A stretch of 64,000 bases of DNA from the IMG/VR virus record IMGVR_UViG_3300050505_000464. One strand, 5' to 3'. Below the pieces are notes generated by a model that was not told the origin of the DNA, did not search any database, and was given only the letters and a program-made list of their open reading frames with translations. How positions within the stretch are numbered: position 1 is the first letter of the stretch; the number at the start of each line of letters is the position of its first letter. Below are positions 22,533 to 32,048 of the stretch, in pieces. Origin of the DNA: a virus. A program made the position numbers and the translations under genes.

Positions 22533-23348
22533 TCACGCCTCCCTCGTGAGCCAGAGCATCCGGTGGTCTCCCGTGTCGGCCTTGGCCGCCTCCTCGAGCG
22601 CGATGGGACGCACCTGGCCGTCGGTGCCGATGGTCTGAATCCGAAGCCCCAGGGCGCGGATGGTTTCGAGCGCCGCCATCGGGCTCTCGTGTTCACTCGG
22701 CGAGAATTCCATGGCGATGGCGATCTTCGGGCTACGCTCGATCATCTCTTTCATGCCGTCGAGCACCTGAAGCTCGTGGCCCTGCACATCGATCTTCACG
22801 AAGTCGATCGTGAGTAAAATGTCGTCGGAAAGACGAGCCGCCGGAACTTGCCCGGCTCCCCTCATGTGATTCGAGCGACTCAGCGCAGCTGACCCGTAGT
22901 TTTGATCGTTCACGAACATCGTGAGGGATCCGAGCGCATTCGACGCAGCTTGGCGCCGGACGCTCGCCAAAAATCCGCTCACCTGTACCGATCGCCTCAG
23001 ATCGTCGACCAGTGCCTCCTGCATCTCGTACGCCGTCACCTCTCCCTGCTCCCCCACCAGATCCGCCAAGAGCAGCGTGTAGTAGCCACAGTTGGCGCCC
23101 ACGTCGATGCAGCGCATCCCGGGCTTCACGTAGTCGACGATCGCTTGCGTCACCCACATCTCCCAAAAGCCATTCATCATCATGTGGGGAGCGAGCGAGA
23201 GATCGCGCGTGTCGACGTACATCAGGTATTTGCCGAGCACGCGGCAGAGCGCGCGGTGGTCGCCGAGGTAGGTCACCTGCGTCTGCGCTCGGCACCATTT
23301 CTCGATGGCGGAGCGGTCGAGGTTACTGAAGAGGTCGCGGATGTTCAT
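22533..23348 (-). CDS. FkbM-family SAM methyltransferase
   Basis: CIDVGANCGYYT (motif I) and FVKIDVQGHE; MYVDTRD...PHMMMNGFWE N-terminus. Confidence 0.88.
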   Translation of the reverse strand: MNIRDLFSNLDRSAIEKWCRAQTQVTYLGDHRALCRVLGKYLMYVDTRDLSLAPHMMMNGFWEMWVTQAIVDYVKPGMRCIDVGANCGYYTLLLADLVGEQGEVTAYEMQEALVDDLRRSVQVSGFLASVRRQAASNALGSLTMFVNDQNYGSAALSRSNHMRGAGQVPAARLSDDILLTIDFVKIDVQGHELQVLDGMKEMIERSPKIAIAMEFSPSEHESPMAALETIRALGLRIQTIGTDGQVRPIALEEAAKADTGDHRMLWLTREA

Positions 23349-23989
23349 GGGTGGAATTTCTCCGGGTGAAGGTAGCGATCGGGATCGCCCCATAGCTCAG
23401 CAAAGTTGACGATCTTCAGCTTTTTCGTGCGGCCTTCGAGAAAATCGGTGATGAGGCCGCGCACGATCCCGGACGCAGTGACCCGCCAGTTATCGGCGTG
23501 CGTGTCGAGCGCGATCTGCGCGCCGCGCGTGATGCGCGTGCGCGCGGTCGGGCACTGCTTCGCTCGGCTCACCCGGAGAATGACTCCCCGGTAGCACCAC
23601 GTCTTGGCCGTGAGCTGGGGCCGCACCGGATTCATCAGGAACTGATGCACGAGGCTCCGGAGCACCGTGCTCGGTTCGAGGCGCAGCGCCTCGCACATGG
23701 TGATCCAGTCGACCCGCACCGCGGGCGGGATCCGCACGTCGATCGAGCTGTAGTCGCTCCCGATGTAGCGCCGCTTGCCGCGGCTGATGCCGCCGTTGCC
23801 GCGGCGCTTGAGCTCCGCGTCGCGCACTCGTTGAGCTTCGCGGAGCACGTCGAGCTGCACGCCGAGGCGCTGGGCCTGCTCCTCGACTCCGAGATCGAGC
23901 GGGAGCGACCAACGGGTCAGCGTGAGCTGCTTCACGAGCCAGTCCCGAAACCTCAGCTGGTCAGCGTGGGGGTTTCGGATCTCGGTCAT
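23345..23989 (-). CDS. DNA-binding protein with two tandem ribbon-helix-helix-like repeats
   Basis: IDVRIPPAVRVDW..MCEAL.LEPSTVLRSLVHQFL and TRITRGAQIALD..AD.W.VTASGIVRGLITDFL. Confidence 0.55.
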   Translation of the reverse strand: MTEIRNPHADQLRFRDWLVKQLTLTRWSLPLDLGVEEQAQRLGVQLDVLREAQRVRDAELKRRGNGGISRGKRRYIGSDYSSIDVRIPPAVRVDWITMCEALRLEPSTVLRSLVHQFLMNPVRPQLTAKTWCYRGVILRVSRAKQCPTARTRITRGAQIALDTHADNWRVTASGIVRGLITDFLEGRTKKLKIVNFAELWGDPDRYLHPEKFHP

Positions 23990-24381
23990 CGTGCCGAAAG
24001 AATCAACGTCGAAGGCTCGGGCACGCTCACGATGCGCGTCACGGCCACGATGTCTCGCGCGTCGAGCAACGTCGCGAGCGTCGCCACCGGTCCAATGATC
24101 GCTCCCGAGCCCTCTGCCGGCACGTCCGGCACCGAAGACCACACCACCTCGAGCAGCGCCGACCCTTCCACCGGGTGAAGCACCGCGAACGCCAAGAGCT
24201 GCGTGCCCGATGGAGATCCACCCTCCATGAGCGCCGTCGGGATCCAATACGATTTGTCGGGCTCCGCAGCGTACGGGATCTTTCCCTTGTCTCTCCCACC
24301 AACCTTGATGGCAGCGAGCGGGAAGCGAAGCTGAATAACAACGGGCACTCCGTAGAACGATTCTAGTTGGGCTATTTCCAT
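23986..24381 (-). CDS. Hypothetical protein
   Basis: 131-aa ORF coupled to both neighbours. Confidence 0.55.
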   Translation of the reverse strand: MEIAQLESFYGVPVVIQLRFPLAAIKVGGRDKGKIPYAAEPDKSYWIPTALMEGGSPSGTQLLAFAVLHPVEGSALLEVVWSSVPDVPAEGSGAIIGPVATLATLLDARDIVAVTRIVSVPEPSTLILSAR

Positions 24382-24384
24382 GGG

Positions 24385-25266
24385 TTACTTTCGAATGAGT
24401 GACTCGACGAGGAGTTCGCCGACCGCGCCGCGCTTGGCGCCGTCGGAGTTGACGCTGCGCCGCGCCTGCAGGATCTGATGATCGTAGTCGGCGTATAGTT
24501 TGCGCGTCTCGGGGACGGAAGAGTTCGAGAGGAGGGCAGGGACTTTGTACTGCCTCAGGAGGCGAAAGCTTTGCTCCAATCCCTCTTGATCCAGGGCTCC
24601 GAAATCAGCCGAGGTGTAAGAGGTGAAGCTCGCTGTCGGTCGCGTGGGCCAGTAGGGCGGATCGAAGTACACGAACGCCTTCTTCCCCAGATCCAGCACT
24701 TCCGGAAGGATCTCCGAGTATCCAGCGCACCGAAATTCGGCCAGGGAAAACGCATGGTGCGCCGACCAGATCGCCTCCTCGTTGCAGATCTCGGGCGGCG
24801 CTTTCCGATGCCCGTAGGGCACGTTGCAGACATTTTTCTTGTTGACGCGCCAGAGCCCATTGTAGCCGCAGGCGTTGATGTACTTGAAGCGCGCGGCGCG
24901 CCCAGCGTCCGAGCGCGGCTTGGACGCGCGCACCTCGTAGTATCGCTTCTCGCTGAAACCCTGCTTCTTCAGTTTCTGCAACGCGAGGATTAGCGCCTGG
25001 GGCTCGTTTTGGATCTGGAGGTAGAAGTTGACGAGCTCTTCATTGGTGTCGGAGAGCACGGCTCGATGAATCTTGAAGCGGCGGCGAAGCGCGAAGAAGA
25101 TCGCTAAGCCACCAGCAAACGGCTCGTAGTAGTCCTCGATGGGCTTCGGGTAGAGTCGTTCGATCGCATGCAGGATCGGCTCTTCGAGCTGGGCCTTGCC
25201 GCCCACCCACTTGAGCACGGGCTTGGCCATCGTGATGTAGTCCACCGAATCGATGCGTGCGTTCAT
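24385..25266 (-). CDS. dam: DNA adenine methyltransferase (Dam/D12 class)
   Basis: KPVLKWVGGK, YYEPFAGG, SDTNEELVNFY, FVYFDPPY and LLSNS motifs; target sequence not determinable. Confidence 0.92.
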   Translation of the reverse strand: MNARIDSVDYITMAKPVLKWVGGKAQLEEPILHAIERLYPKPIEDYYEPFAGGLAIFFALRRRFKIHRAVLSDTNEELVNFYLQIQNEPQALILALQKLKKQGFSEKRYYEVRASKPRSDAGRAARFKYINACGYNGLWRVNKKNVCNVPYGHRKAPPEICNEEAIWSAHHAFSLAEFRCAGYSEILPEVLDLGKKAFVYFDPPYWPTRPTASFTSYTSADFGALDQEGLEQSFRLLRQYKVPALLSNSSVPETRKLYADYDHQILQARRSVNSDGAKRGAVGELLVESLIRK

Positions 25267-26357
25267 GTGATCCTGAGCATGAATACGAGTGGACCGAGGG
25301 AAGCTTCCCAGGACCAGAGCGATTGCCAGCGCGGCGCTTCTTTCTGGGCGAGCGCATGGAGCGCGGGCCAATCTTCTCGGGCCTTCTTCAGCGCCAGCGC
25401 GATGCTCGCCGGCGTCACGAAGGGCGCCTGGCTCCCTGGCAGATCATCGATCGGCGCATCGAGCCCCGGAGTGATGAGCACGGCGCCGCCCGGTGGCCGA
25501 TCGAGGCTCAGGTACTCCGAGTGCCCCGTCGCGGTCGTCGCGACGATGGGCGTGCCCACGCAGAGCGACTCGAGCGGGATGAGCCCGAAGCCTTCCCCGC
25601 GAGACGGCTGGCAGACCACGTGCGCGAGCGCGAGCGTGCGCGCCATGGCAGTCGGCGTCAGATCGCCGCGATCGGTGATGGTTACCGTTTGCCGGCACGA
25701 TGACCAGTCCTCGACGGCTCCCTCGGACAGCGCCTCGTCCAGCGCGAGCTTGGCCGCGTAGTCCAGCACGCAAAGCAGTCGCGCGCCCCGCAGCGCGCCG
25801 GCGCGCTGCAAGATCTGCCACGCCTGGAGCAGCTCGATCGTGCCCTTGCGCTGGCGATCGCTCGTCGAGAAGTGCAGCGCGCGGAAGGTGCCCGCCTGGT
25901 AGAGCATGCGGACCTCAGCGGCTGCCTCTGCGTCCGTCTGAAACTCCGGCGTCACGCCGTGCGGGACCGCCATGCAATCACCGAGAAAGCTCCGCACAAC
26001 GCCTGCCGCCCATTTGCTCGGCGCAAGGAAGCGGAGCGAGTATTTCTCCTGGTAGCGCTTGAGCTCGGCGACCAGCGCGCGCGGGAGCTGGTCGGAGTTC
26101 GGGGCGATCATCACCCAGTGGTGCTCGTGTCGCCCTGCCTCGAACATTTTCCCAACACCCCCGAGCGGCCCCGTGTAGACCGCGTGACGGGCGTTCGAGC
26201 CGTCGGATGGGGGATCGTCGCCGTAGCTGTCGGCGGTGTCGATGCCGTAGAACCCGGCAAAGATCTCCGCTTGCTTGAAGGCGCGCTCGAAGCCGCGCGT
26301 GACGACCGCCAAAGATCCGTTCCCGGTCTCGCGACCGTAAAGGCGCACGAGGGTCAT
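25263..26357 (-). CDS. GT-B glycosyltransferase, family 4
   Basis: PSRGEGFGLIPLESLCVGTPIVAT (Ex7E), VPHGV and RQRKG motifs. Confidence 0.88.
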   Translation of the reverse strand: MTLVRLYGRETGNGSLAVVTRGFERAFKQAEIFAGFYGIDTADSYGDDPPSDGSNARHAVYTGPLGGVGKMFEAGRHEHHWVMIAPNSDQLPRALVAELKRYQEKYSLRFLAPSKWAAGVVRSFLGDCMAVPHGVTPEFQTDAEAAAEVRMLYQAGTFRALHFSTSDRQRKGTIELLQAWQILQRAGALRGARLLCVLDYAAKLALDEALSEGAVEDWSSCRQTVTITDRGDLTPTAMARTLALAHVVCQPSRGEGFGLIPLESLCVGTPIVATTATGHSEYLSLDRPPGGAVLITPGLDAPIDDLPGSQAPFVTPASIALALKKAREDWPALHALAQKEAPRWQSLWSWEASLGPLVFMLRIT

Positions 26358-27751
26358 TTTCCGATCTCCACCGGTACATACGCCGACGCATCCACGCCGC
26401 TCTTGGCAGCCACCTCGAGCACGCGTCGGCGCATCAGCTGACCGACCGCTTCCATCGTGAAACGTCCGGAGTAAATCTTCTCCTCGGCCGCATGCGACTC
26501 AGGAGGCCAGGATCGCTGGAGCGCACTTTCGAGCGACGCGAGCGGATACCACACCCACCGCGCATCCGACTCCCAGCCGTAGGACCAGGGCACGGGCTCA
26601 TCGCCTTCGACAGCGACCGCGACGTGCCCGCACTTCAAGTAATCCTCGACGCCACCCGACGGCACGTAGCACACAGTGTTGCCCGCGAGCGCGGCTTCGA
26701 AGGCGGGGAGGTTCCAGGCCTCGCCGTGGGAGGAAGAAACATAGATATTGTTTCTGTAGTGGAGCTCGAGAATGGCTTGCCGCGGGAAGCGGCCCTCGAT
26801 GAGCTTCACGCGCTCCTTGATCCTCGCGAACGTCCAGCCCTTTGCAGCGAGGAGCGCGTCTTCGTAGCACTCGACGACAACCTGCTCAGGGGTCGGGTAA
26901 CCGGGCCAGTTGCCGCCCGTGTACTTGATGGTGAGGATCGCGTTGTCGGTCGGCGCAAACGCATGCAGGAACGCCCGCACGAGCTCAGCGTAGCCTTTCC
27001 TCGGCTCCCAGCGCCCGATCGAATAGAACTTCCGCCACGTCGTGTCGGCGCGACGGCGGCGGAGGTTCAGGATGGGATCTCCCGGATCGTAGGGGTGCGG
27101 TACGATGACGACCTTCTCCGTCCGCACGCCCGAGTTGATCAGCATGCGAGCGTTCGCGGAGGAGGGGACCCAGCACTGAGCCACGCGGTTGAGCGTCTTG
27201 ACGATCGCGGGATCAACGCGGTCGCGCTCCCAGACGGAGTAAACGATCGTCGAGTCGCAGATCGTTTGGCGGAGTTTGGCTTGCTCTTCGATGTCGCCCG
27301 CCACCACGCCGTGCGGGATGACCGCACGCTTCAGGTGCTCGGCGTCCCGCACCACCAGGTGCTTGATCGTTGGGAAGTAGGCGCGCGCGCGGGTGAGCTC
27401 GAGGTGCCCGATTTCGCGCTCGACTTGCGGAGAGAGGCCGGCGGCGTAGCGCGGTTGAATCCCGCCGTGCTCGTCGGTGACCTGTCCGGTGAAGGACTTC
27501 AGGAATACCGGGATGCCGGCTTCATGGAGCGCTCGGGCGTGCGCGCGGACAGCGACCGCCGTGCCGTCCCAGAGCGTCTCGTACTCGCCCTGATAGAGCA
27601 CGGCTGCCTTGTAGTGGCGCTCGGACGCCTCGACGGTCGGCGGAGCGCAGTAGGCGTCTCGCGCCAGGGGAGGGGAGAATGGCAGTGGATCGAGGTGGTC
27701 GGGAAGCTTTTCGCCTGCCACTACTTGCCCCCGCCGCACTCGAACGCGCAA
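26354..27751 (-). CDS. GT-B glycosyltransferase, family 4 (start uncertain, possibly GTG at 27721)
   Basis: SIGRWEPRKG, SSSHGEAWNLPAFEAALAG (Ex7E), WVPS and IVPHP motifs. Confidence 0.88.
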   Translation of the reverse strand: MRVRVRRGQVVAGEKLPDHLDPLPFSPPLARDAYCAPPTVEASERHYKAAVLYQGEYETLWDGTAVAVRAHARALHEAGIPVFLKSFTGQVTDEHGGIQPRYAAGLSPQVEREIGHLELTRARAYFPTIKHLVVRDAEHLKRAVIPHGVVAGDIEEQAKLRQTICDSTIVYSVWERDRVDPAIVKTLNRVAQCWVPSSANARMLINSGVRTEKVVIVPHPYDPGDPILNLRRRRADTTWRKFYSIGRWEPRKGYAELVRAFLHAFAPTDNAILTIKYTGGNWPGYPTPEQVVVECYEDALLAAKGWTFARIKERVKLIEGRFPRQAILELHYRNNIYVSSSHGEAWNLPAFEAALAGNTVCYVPSGGVEDYLKCGHVAVAVEGDEPVPWSYGWESDARWVWYPLASLESALQRSWPPESHAAEEKIYSGRFTMEAVGQLMRRRVLEVAAKSGVDASAYVPVEIGK

Positions 27752-28527
27752 TGCGTGCTGTCGCAGTTGTAGCGCACCGGACGGCTTTCCCCTTCATTGA
27801 TGATGACGCCGGAGCAGCGCTGCAGATCGTGGCCCGCGCAGTCGAGCCGCTGGATCGATGCGTTATGCTCGAAGCTCGAGGCGTTCACGAGGGTGAGCGA
27901 GAACTCGTATCTATCGATCTCACGGCGCAACGTGTCCGCATAAATCACGAGCCCAGCGATGATGAGGATCAGGAGCACGAACACCACAAACCATCCACCG
28001 CTGATCGTGTCGAAAAGCGGATGCATGGGCAGCGGGTGCGCGACCGGACTGTCGGGAGGATGCGAGAAGTCGGGTTCGTGCGCAGGAAAATCTCCAAACC
28101 CTGCCGCGCGCTCGGCTTTTCCGAGCTCCGCATCGAGATCGAGTGGCGAGTTCGAGACTTTGTTGAGTGGCTCTACCGCCGCAATGTGGCCGCCACTGTG
28201 CTTCGGGCAGTAATTTTTGTCATCCGCTTCGCTCCAGCCAAGCAGCGACAGATCGCTCAGGATCGAGGCCGAATCTTGATGTCCTACCGAGAACAGCTGC
28301 TCTTTGCAGCCCTCTTCATCGCAGGTGATGGTCACTCGGCGCTCATTGGTCTCCGGACCCGGCACGGACTCACCAACACTCTGCACATCGAAGATCCCGT
28401 TCTCTCCTTCCTTGAAGATCCCCGCGGGCTTCATGTTGACTGGAGGATCTGACAGATACTTTTTCACAGCCACCTCAACACCGAGTTGTCGATCACGAAA
28501 CGCTTGCCGCAGCCGAGCCCCGGACAC
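27721..28527 (-). CDS. Membrane protein with one C-x4-C...GW...YCPxH module and a Cys-rich C-terminal domain (start uncertain)
   Basis: CDEEGC...LGW...YCPKH; TM segment WFVVFVLLILIIAGLVIY. Confidence 0.55.
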   Translation of the reverse strand: MSGARLRQAFRDRQLGVEVAVKKYLSDPPVNMKPAGIFKEGENGIFDVQSVGESVPGPETNERRVTITCDEEGCKEQLFSVGHQDSASILSDLSLLGWSEADDKNYCPKHSGGHIAAVEPLNKVSNSPLDLDAELGKAERAAGFGDFPAHEPDFSHPPDSPVAHPLPMHPLFDTISGGWFVVFVLLILIIAGLVIYADTLRREIDRYEFSLTLVNASSFEHNASIQRLDCAGHDLQRCSGVIINEGESRPVRYNCDSTHCAFECGGGK

Positions 28528-29057
28528 GTCACGGGCTCGGTCAAATGAATCGTCCCCGCCAGGTGCACGAACTCGTCCGGCTTGTTCGGGTTGACCCAGA
28601 TCTCACCCTGGCGCCGCGTGTCGAGCTCGAATTTGCGATGCTTCGATCGGATCGTCATCTGCGCCTCGTCCGACCCGTGCCTCACCGCGCAAAACGGGCA
28701 GCACACGATCAGCATCAAGCCGTCCGCGTGGTCGCGGTCTACCGTCAGCTCGCAGATAATGAACTCCTCCGCTTTGCCGTCGGAGTTTCGGCTCTCGAGC
28801 ACGATGGAGGCGTGGGAGCCCGCGCCGCCGAGCTTGGTGGTCGAGAGGTTCGCCATGGGGTCGAGGCGCGCGACGCGCTGCCGCTCGGCCTCCTCCTTCC
28901 GCCGCTGCTCGGCGTTGGCGCGTTTGCGCTGTTGCTCCTGCTCGTACGCGGCGGTCACCGAGCCGCCCCGCACAAACGAGGTCATCGGGACTGAGACGCT
29001 CCGTTCTGGAGCAGGGGCTGTGGGCGGAGGCGAGGCGGGTTTGGGGGCGTCACTCAT
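28464..29057 (-). CDS. Hypothetical Zn-binding protein
   Basis: CCPFC and CPGLGC pairs; start assigned at MSDAPKP. Confidence 0.55.
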   Translation of the reverse strand: MSDAPKPASPPPTAPAPERSVSVPMTSFVRGGSVTAAYEQEQQRKRANAEQRRKEEAERQRVARLDPMANLSTTKLGGAGSHASIVLESRNSDGKAEEFIICELTVDRDHADGLMLIVCCPFCAVRHGSDEAQMTIRSKHRKFELDTRRQGEIWVNPNKPDEFVHLAGTIHLTEPVTCPGLGCGKRFVIDNSVLRWL

Positions 29058-29118
29058 GCAAGCAGCGTGATAGCACGCTGCTGTCAGGATTCGCAATGCC
29101 GATCCGCTTCGGGCGCGG

Positions 29119-29373
29119 TTACGCGGCTTTCTTCAGCAGTTTCGTTGAAAGCCAGGCGACCGCGAGCGTCGTCACGACGCCGGCGACGATGGGGAAGAGC
29201 AAGCTCTGCTCCGCCGCCGAGATGATCGTCTGACGGCTGCCATTGACGCAGCCCGCGCACTCAGGAAAATCCGCGCTCACGCCGTCCGGGCAGATCTCGC
29301 AGTCCCCGCCGGACGAGATCATGCACGGATCGCACTCGGCGCCGAGTCCTCGGATGCTGCGTGCGTAGCTCAT
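29119..29373 (-). CDS. Small Cys-rich C-terminally anchored membrane protein (putative virion protein)
   Basis: IRGLG near N-terminus; C-terminal TM helix followed by KLLKK. Confidence 0.7.
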   Translation of the reverse strand: MSYARSIRGLGAECDPCMISSGGDCEICPDGVSADFPECAGCVNGSRQTIISAAEQSLLFPIVAGVVTTLAVAWLSTKLLKKAA

Positions 29374-29376
29374 CGA

Positions 29377-29838
29377 TCACTTCTTCAGCGAGACCCAAAC
29401 CGCGAGCCCCGTGATCGCACCGATGACCGCCACCGGCACGACCACATCCCAGCGCAGCGCTCCCGAGAAGGTCGTGACGGGCTCCCCTTCGGTGAGCGCG
29501 CCTTGCGCATTGCATCCGCAGCCGAGTCCCGCGATCGGTTTCTCGTACACCGGCTTGAAGTAGGCACCGATGCCCGTGCGAGAGTACTCGCCGACGCCGT
29601 CGACCGGACGGTAGGTGCTCTTCTGCGGAAACATCCCGAGACCTGCGATCGGCTTCTCGTACACCGGCTTGAAGTACGCCCCGAGCCCCTCTACCGCGAG
29701 CCGCGGCGGACCGACGAGGTTGGGGTTCGGCATGAAGGAGGGCCAGGGCGCCGTCGACCAGCCCGGCGAGCCCGCGTGCCACGGCGAATCCGGCTGGTGC
29801 ATCCGGTAGTACTGCGGCTTGATTTCGGCGTAGCTCAT
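29377..29838 (-). CDS. C-anchored membrane protein with repeated G-h-G motifs (putative virion protein)
   Basis: VEGLG, IAGLG x2, VDGVG, RTGIG; duplicated AYFKPVYEKPIAGLG; C-terminal TM followed by KK. Confidence 0.7.
   Translation of the reverse strand: MSYAEIKPQYYRMHQPDSPWHAGSPGWSTAPWPSFMPNPNLVGPPRLAVEGLGAYFKPVYEKPIAGLGMFPQKSTYRPVDGVGEYSRTGIGAYFKPVYEKPIAGLGCGCNAQGALTEGEPVTTFSGALRWDVVVPVAVIGAITGLAVWVSLKK
29531..29676. repeat. 32-bp intragenic direct repeat (31/32 identical)
   Basis: GCGATCGGyTTCTCGTACACCGGCTTGAAGTA at 29531-29562 and 29645-29676. Confidence 0.9.
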
Positions 29839-30506
29839 TGGTCGTAGGCCTTCTTCAGGAGATCGTAGGCGGCTGTTGCCGCGATGAATCGTGCTTTCGC
29901 ATCCGGGTTGCCCCCGTTGCGATCGGGGTGCCACTTGAGGGCTTCGCGCTTGTAGGCGGCTTGCACCTCAGCGAAGGTCGCGCTCCGTTTGACTCGAAGT
30001 GTTTTCCGAGCAGCAGCGATGCGCACGTCCACCGGATTCGGCGGAGGAGGCGCGCCGGGCGGCGGCTCTTTTGGCGGAGCCCCGGCCGCACTCGCTTGTC
30101 CGCTGGGTGCCGCTCGCGGATCGGTCGGATTACCACGCGTGCCCGCGGGCCACGGGATCTTGGGGGCGTGATCGGTGATGCCTTGCTGGATGCAGCCGAA
30201 GCACGCGGCCTGCCCCATGCGCGAGACGAAGCTGTGGTCGAGGCAGACGGGCTTCCGGCACACGCAGCACGCAGCGATAGCCGGACTCGAGCAGGGGACG
30301 CCGATCTGCGTCTGCGCGTCGCGGTAGACGACCTCGCACGGGATGCCGAGGATGAGCTGGGGGAGCCATAGCTGGGTTGCATGACGAGTGAGATCGTTGA
30401 TCCAGGGACCGATGGCGAACAGGACATTCCGGGGACCTTCGGGAGCGCCATCCGCGAATTGACTCGCGATGCGCCCGAGGGCGCCGAGAAAGCCTTCTTT
30501 CGCCAT
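29835..30506 (-). CDS. Zn-finger plus C-terminal J-domain (DnaJ-like co-chaperone)
   Basis: EVQAAYKREALKWHPDRN...AKARFIAATAAYDLL with intact HPD; Cys/His cluster PCSS..AACCVCRKPVCLDH...ACFGC. Confidence 0.85.
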   Translation of the reverse strand: MAKEGFLGALGRIASQFADGAPEGPRNVLFAIGPWINDLTRHATQLWLPQLILGIPCEVVYRDAQTQIGVPCSSPAIAACCVCRKPVCLDHSFVSRMGQAACFGCIQQGITDHAPKIPWPAGTRGNPTDPRAAPSGQASAAGAPPKEPPPGAPPPPNPVDVRIAAARKTLRVKRSATFAEVQAAYKREALKWHPDRNGGNPDAKARFIAATAAYDLLKKAYDQ

Positions 30507-30557
30507 TCAGCGGAGGGTAACACCAGGGGCATGGGGATCCAACGACAGCGCAGGCGC

Positions 30558-30962
30558 TCAGAGTTTCAGCACGTAAAAGAGCAGGGCACCCGCCATCACG
30601 CCAATGCCTGCGCTCGCGAGATCGGGCTTCCATGCGGGAGCCGGTTGTGGACCGATCTGGATCGTGGCGCTCCCATCGGCGCCGAGCACGCCGTCCTGGT
30701 ACGCGTACCCGAGCCCCTGCATCGCCTGCGGACTGAAGGCGGGCAGGAAGGTGCGACCGAGCGTGCCGTCTTGGTACGAGTGGCCCGGACCCGAGACGGC
30801 GCGGAAGTTCGCGCGGGTGCGGCGCGGGCCTGAGACGAGGCGCGCGACTGCGCCGAGCGCGCCGTCGCCGAATTGGCTCACGCTCGCTTGGTAATCCTGG
30901 AAGGGCGCTGCTTGCGAGAACAACCCGTCGTTGTAAGCCGCTTCTCCGATGCCTTTGTACAT
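30558..30962 (-). CDS. C-anchored membrane protein with DGxLG repeats (putative virion protein)
   Basis: YKGIG, MQGLG, DGALG/DGTLG/DGVLG; C-terminal TM. Confidence 0.7.
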   Translation of the reverse strand: MYKGIGEAAYNDGLFSQAAPFQDYQASVSQFGDGALGAVARLVSGPRRTRANFRAVSGPGHSYQDGTLGRTFLPAFSPQAMQGLGYAYQDGVLGADGSATIQIGPQPAPAWKPDLASAGIGVMAGALLFYVLKL

Positions 30963-30983
30963 GATGATCCCTTTTGTCTTTCT

Positions 30984-32048
30984 TTACCGACGACCGCTGA
31001 GCACGAAGCGCCCAATCAACAGCCCGATGGCTCCGCCGACAAGGAGACCAAAGATCTCCGCCTGCGCGCTCTCTGTGCGGAGCTGAGTGCAGGCGCTCGC
31101 TTCCGTCTCATCCGGGTAGAGCGCGGAGCAATTCGCTTGAAGCGAGGCTTGACTCCGGAATACGTCGAGCGGGTGCGTCATCGGTGACCAGGGTCAATGG
31201 TACCGGAGGGGGGCTTATTGGCGCAAACTTCTGAGGCGAGAGCTCACTTCAGCATGCCCGCCACATACGCCTGAGCGATGAGGCCGGAGTTGGGCGTGGT
31301 GCCCTGCTGCACGATGCCCGCCGAGGTGCCGTTGCCGAAGACGACCACGAAGTCATTCTGGGGGTTGGCAGCATTTTGCACGAGCGCCCAGAGGCCCGCT
31401 TGCTTGCCCGAGGCGTCCGCCTGCTGCTGCCACTGAGTGAGCGTCAGCGTGAGGGTCGTGGGGTTTTTCGGGCCGGGTGGCACCGTCATGGATGCCGCGC
31501 CGGGACCGGGGACGGGCGGTCCGGCGTTCGCGGCGGGGGAGGACGCGGACGAGGCCTTCGCGTGCTTCACGAAGAGCACAACCGCGCCCACGCCAACGCC
31601 GCCAATCAGTAACGCTTTTCCAAGACCCATGACTCTCTCCTTCAGAAATGCTTCGACACGTGGTGTCCGTATTTGATCCCGAGCACCGCGCCCGCGCCGA
31701 GCGCGAGACCGATCCAGGCCCACGTGGGGACGCCTGCGCGCATCTCGGCGTCGCCGAGACCGACGGCACGCCCGGCAAGCTTCAGGGGGTTGGCGTCGAT
31801 CTTCATGGCGGCGGAGGCGATCTTCTCGAGATCGGCCGGCGACATCACAAAGTCCATCAGCTCACGAGCCTCCGCTTGGGAGGCTGGAGCGTGGCCCAGA
31901 AGATGGCCCCGACGGTGCCGATCGCGAGCGCCCAGAAGATCTTCGTCGAGGTCGGCATCGGCGCGACGATCGGCGCCGGCAGCGCGTCAGCGCCCATGCC
32001 ACATCCGCAGCCACCGTCCGTGCCGCGCAGCGCAATGATGCCCGCCAT
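30984..32048 (-). other. Four small membrane-protein ORFs (30984-31181, 31244-31630, 31642-31857, 31857-32048)
   Basis: Each has one hydrophobic helix (three C-terminal, one N-terminal) flanked by basic residues. Confidence 0.65.

Noticed and set aside
24385-25266. Frequent GATC as evidence for the methylase target
   Set aside because: GATC is expected to be common from ATC/GAT codons in high-GC genes; I could not compute an enrichment.
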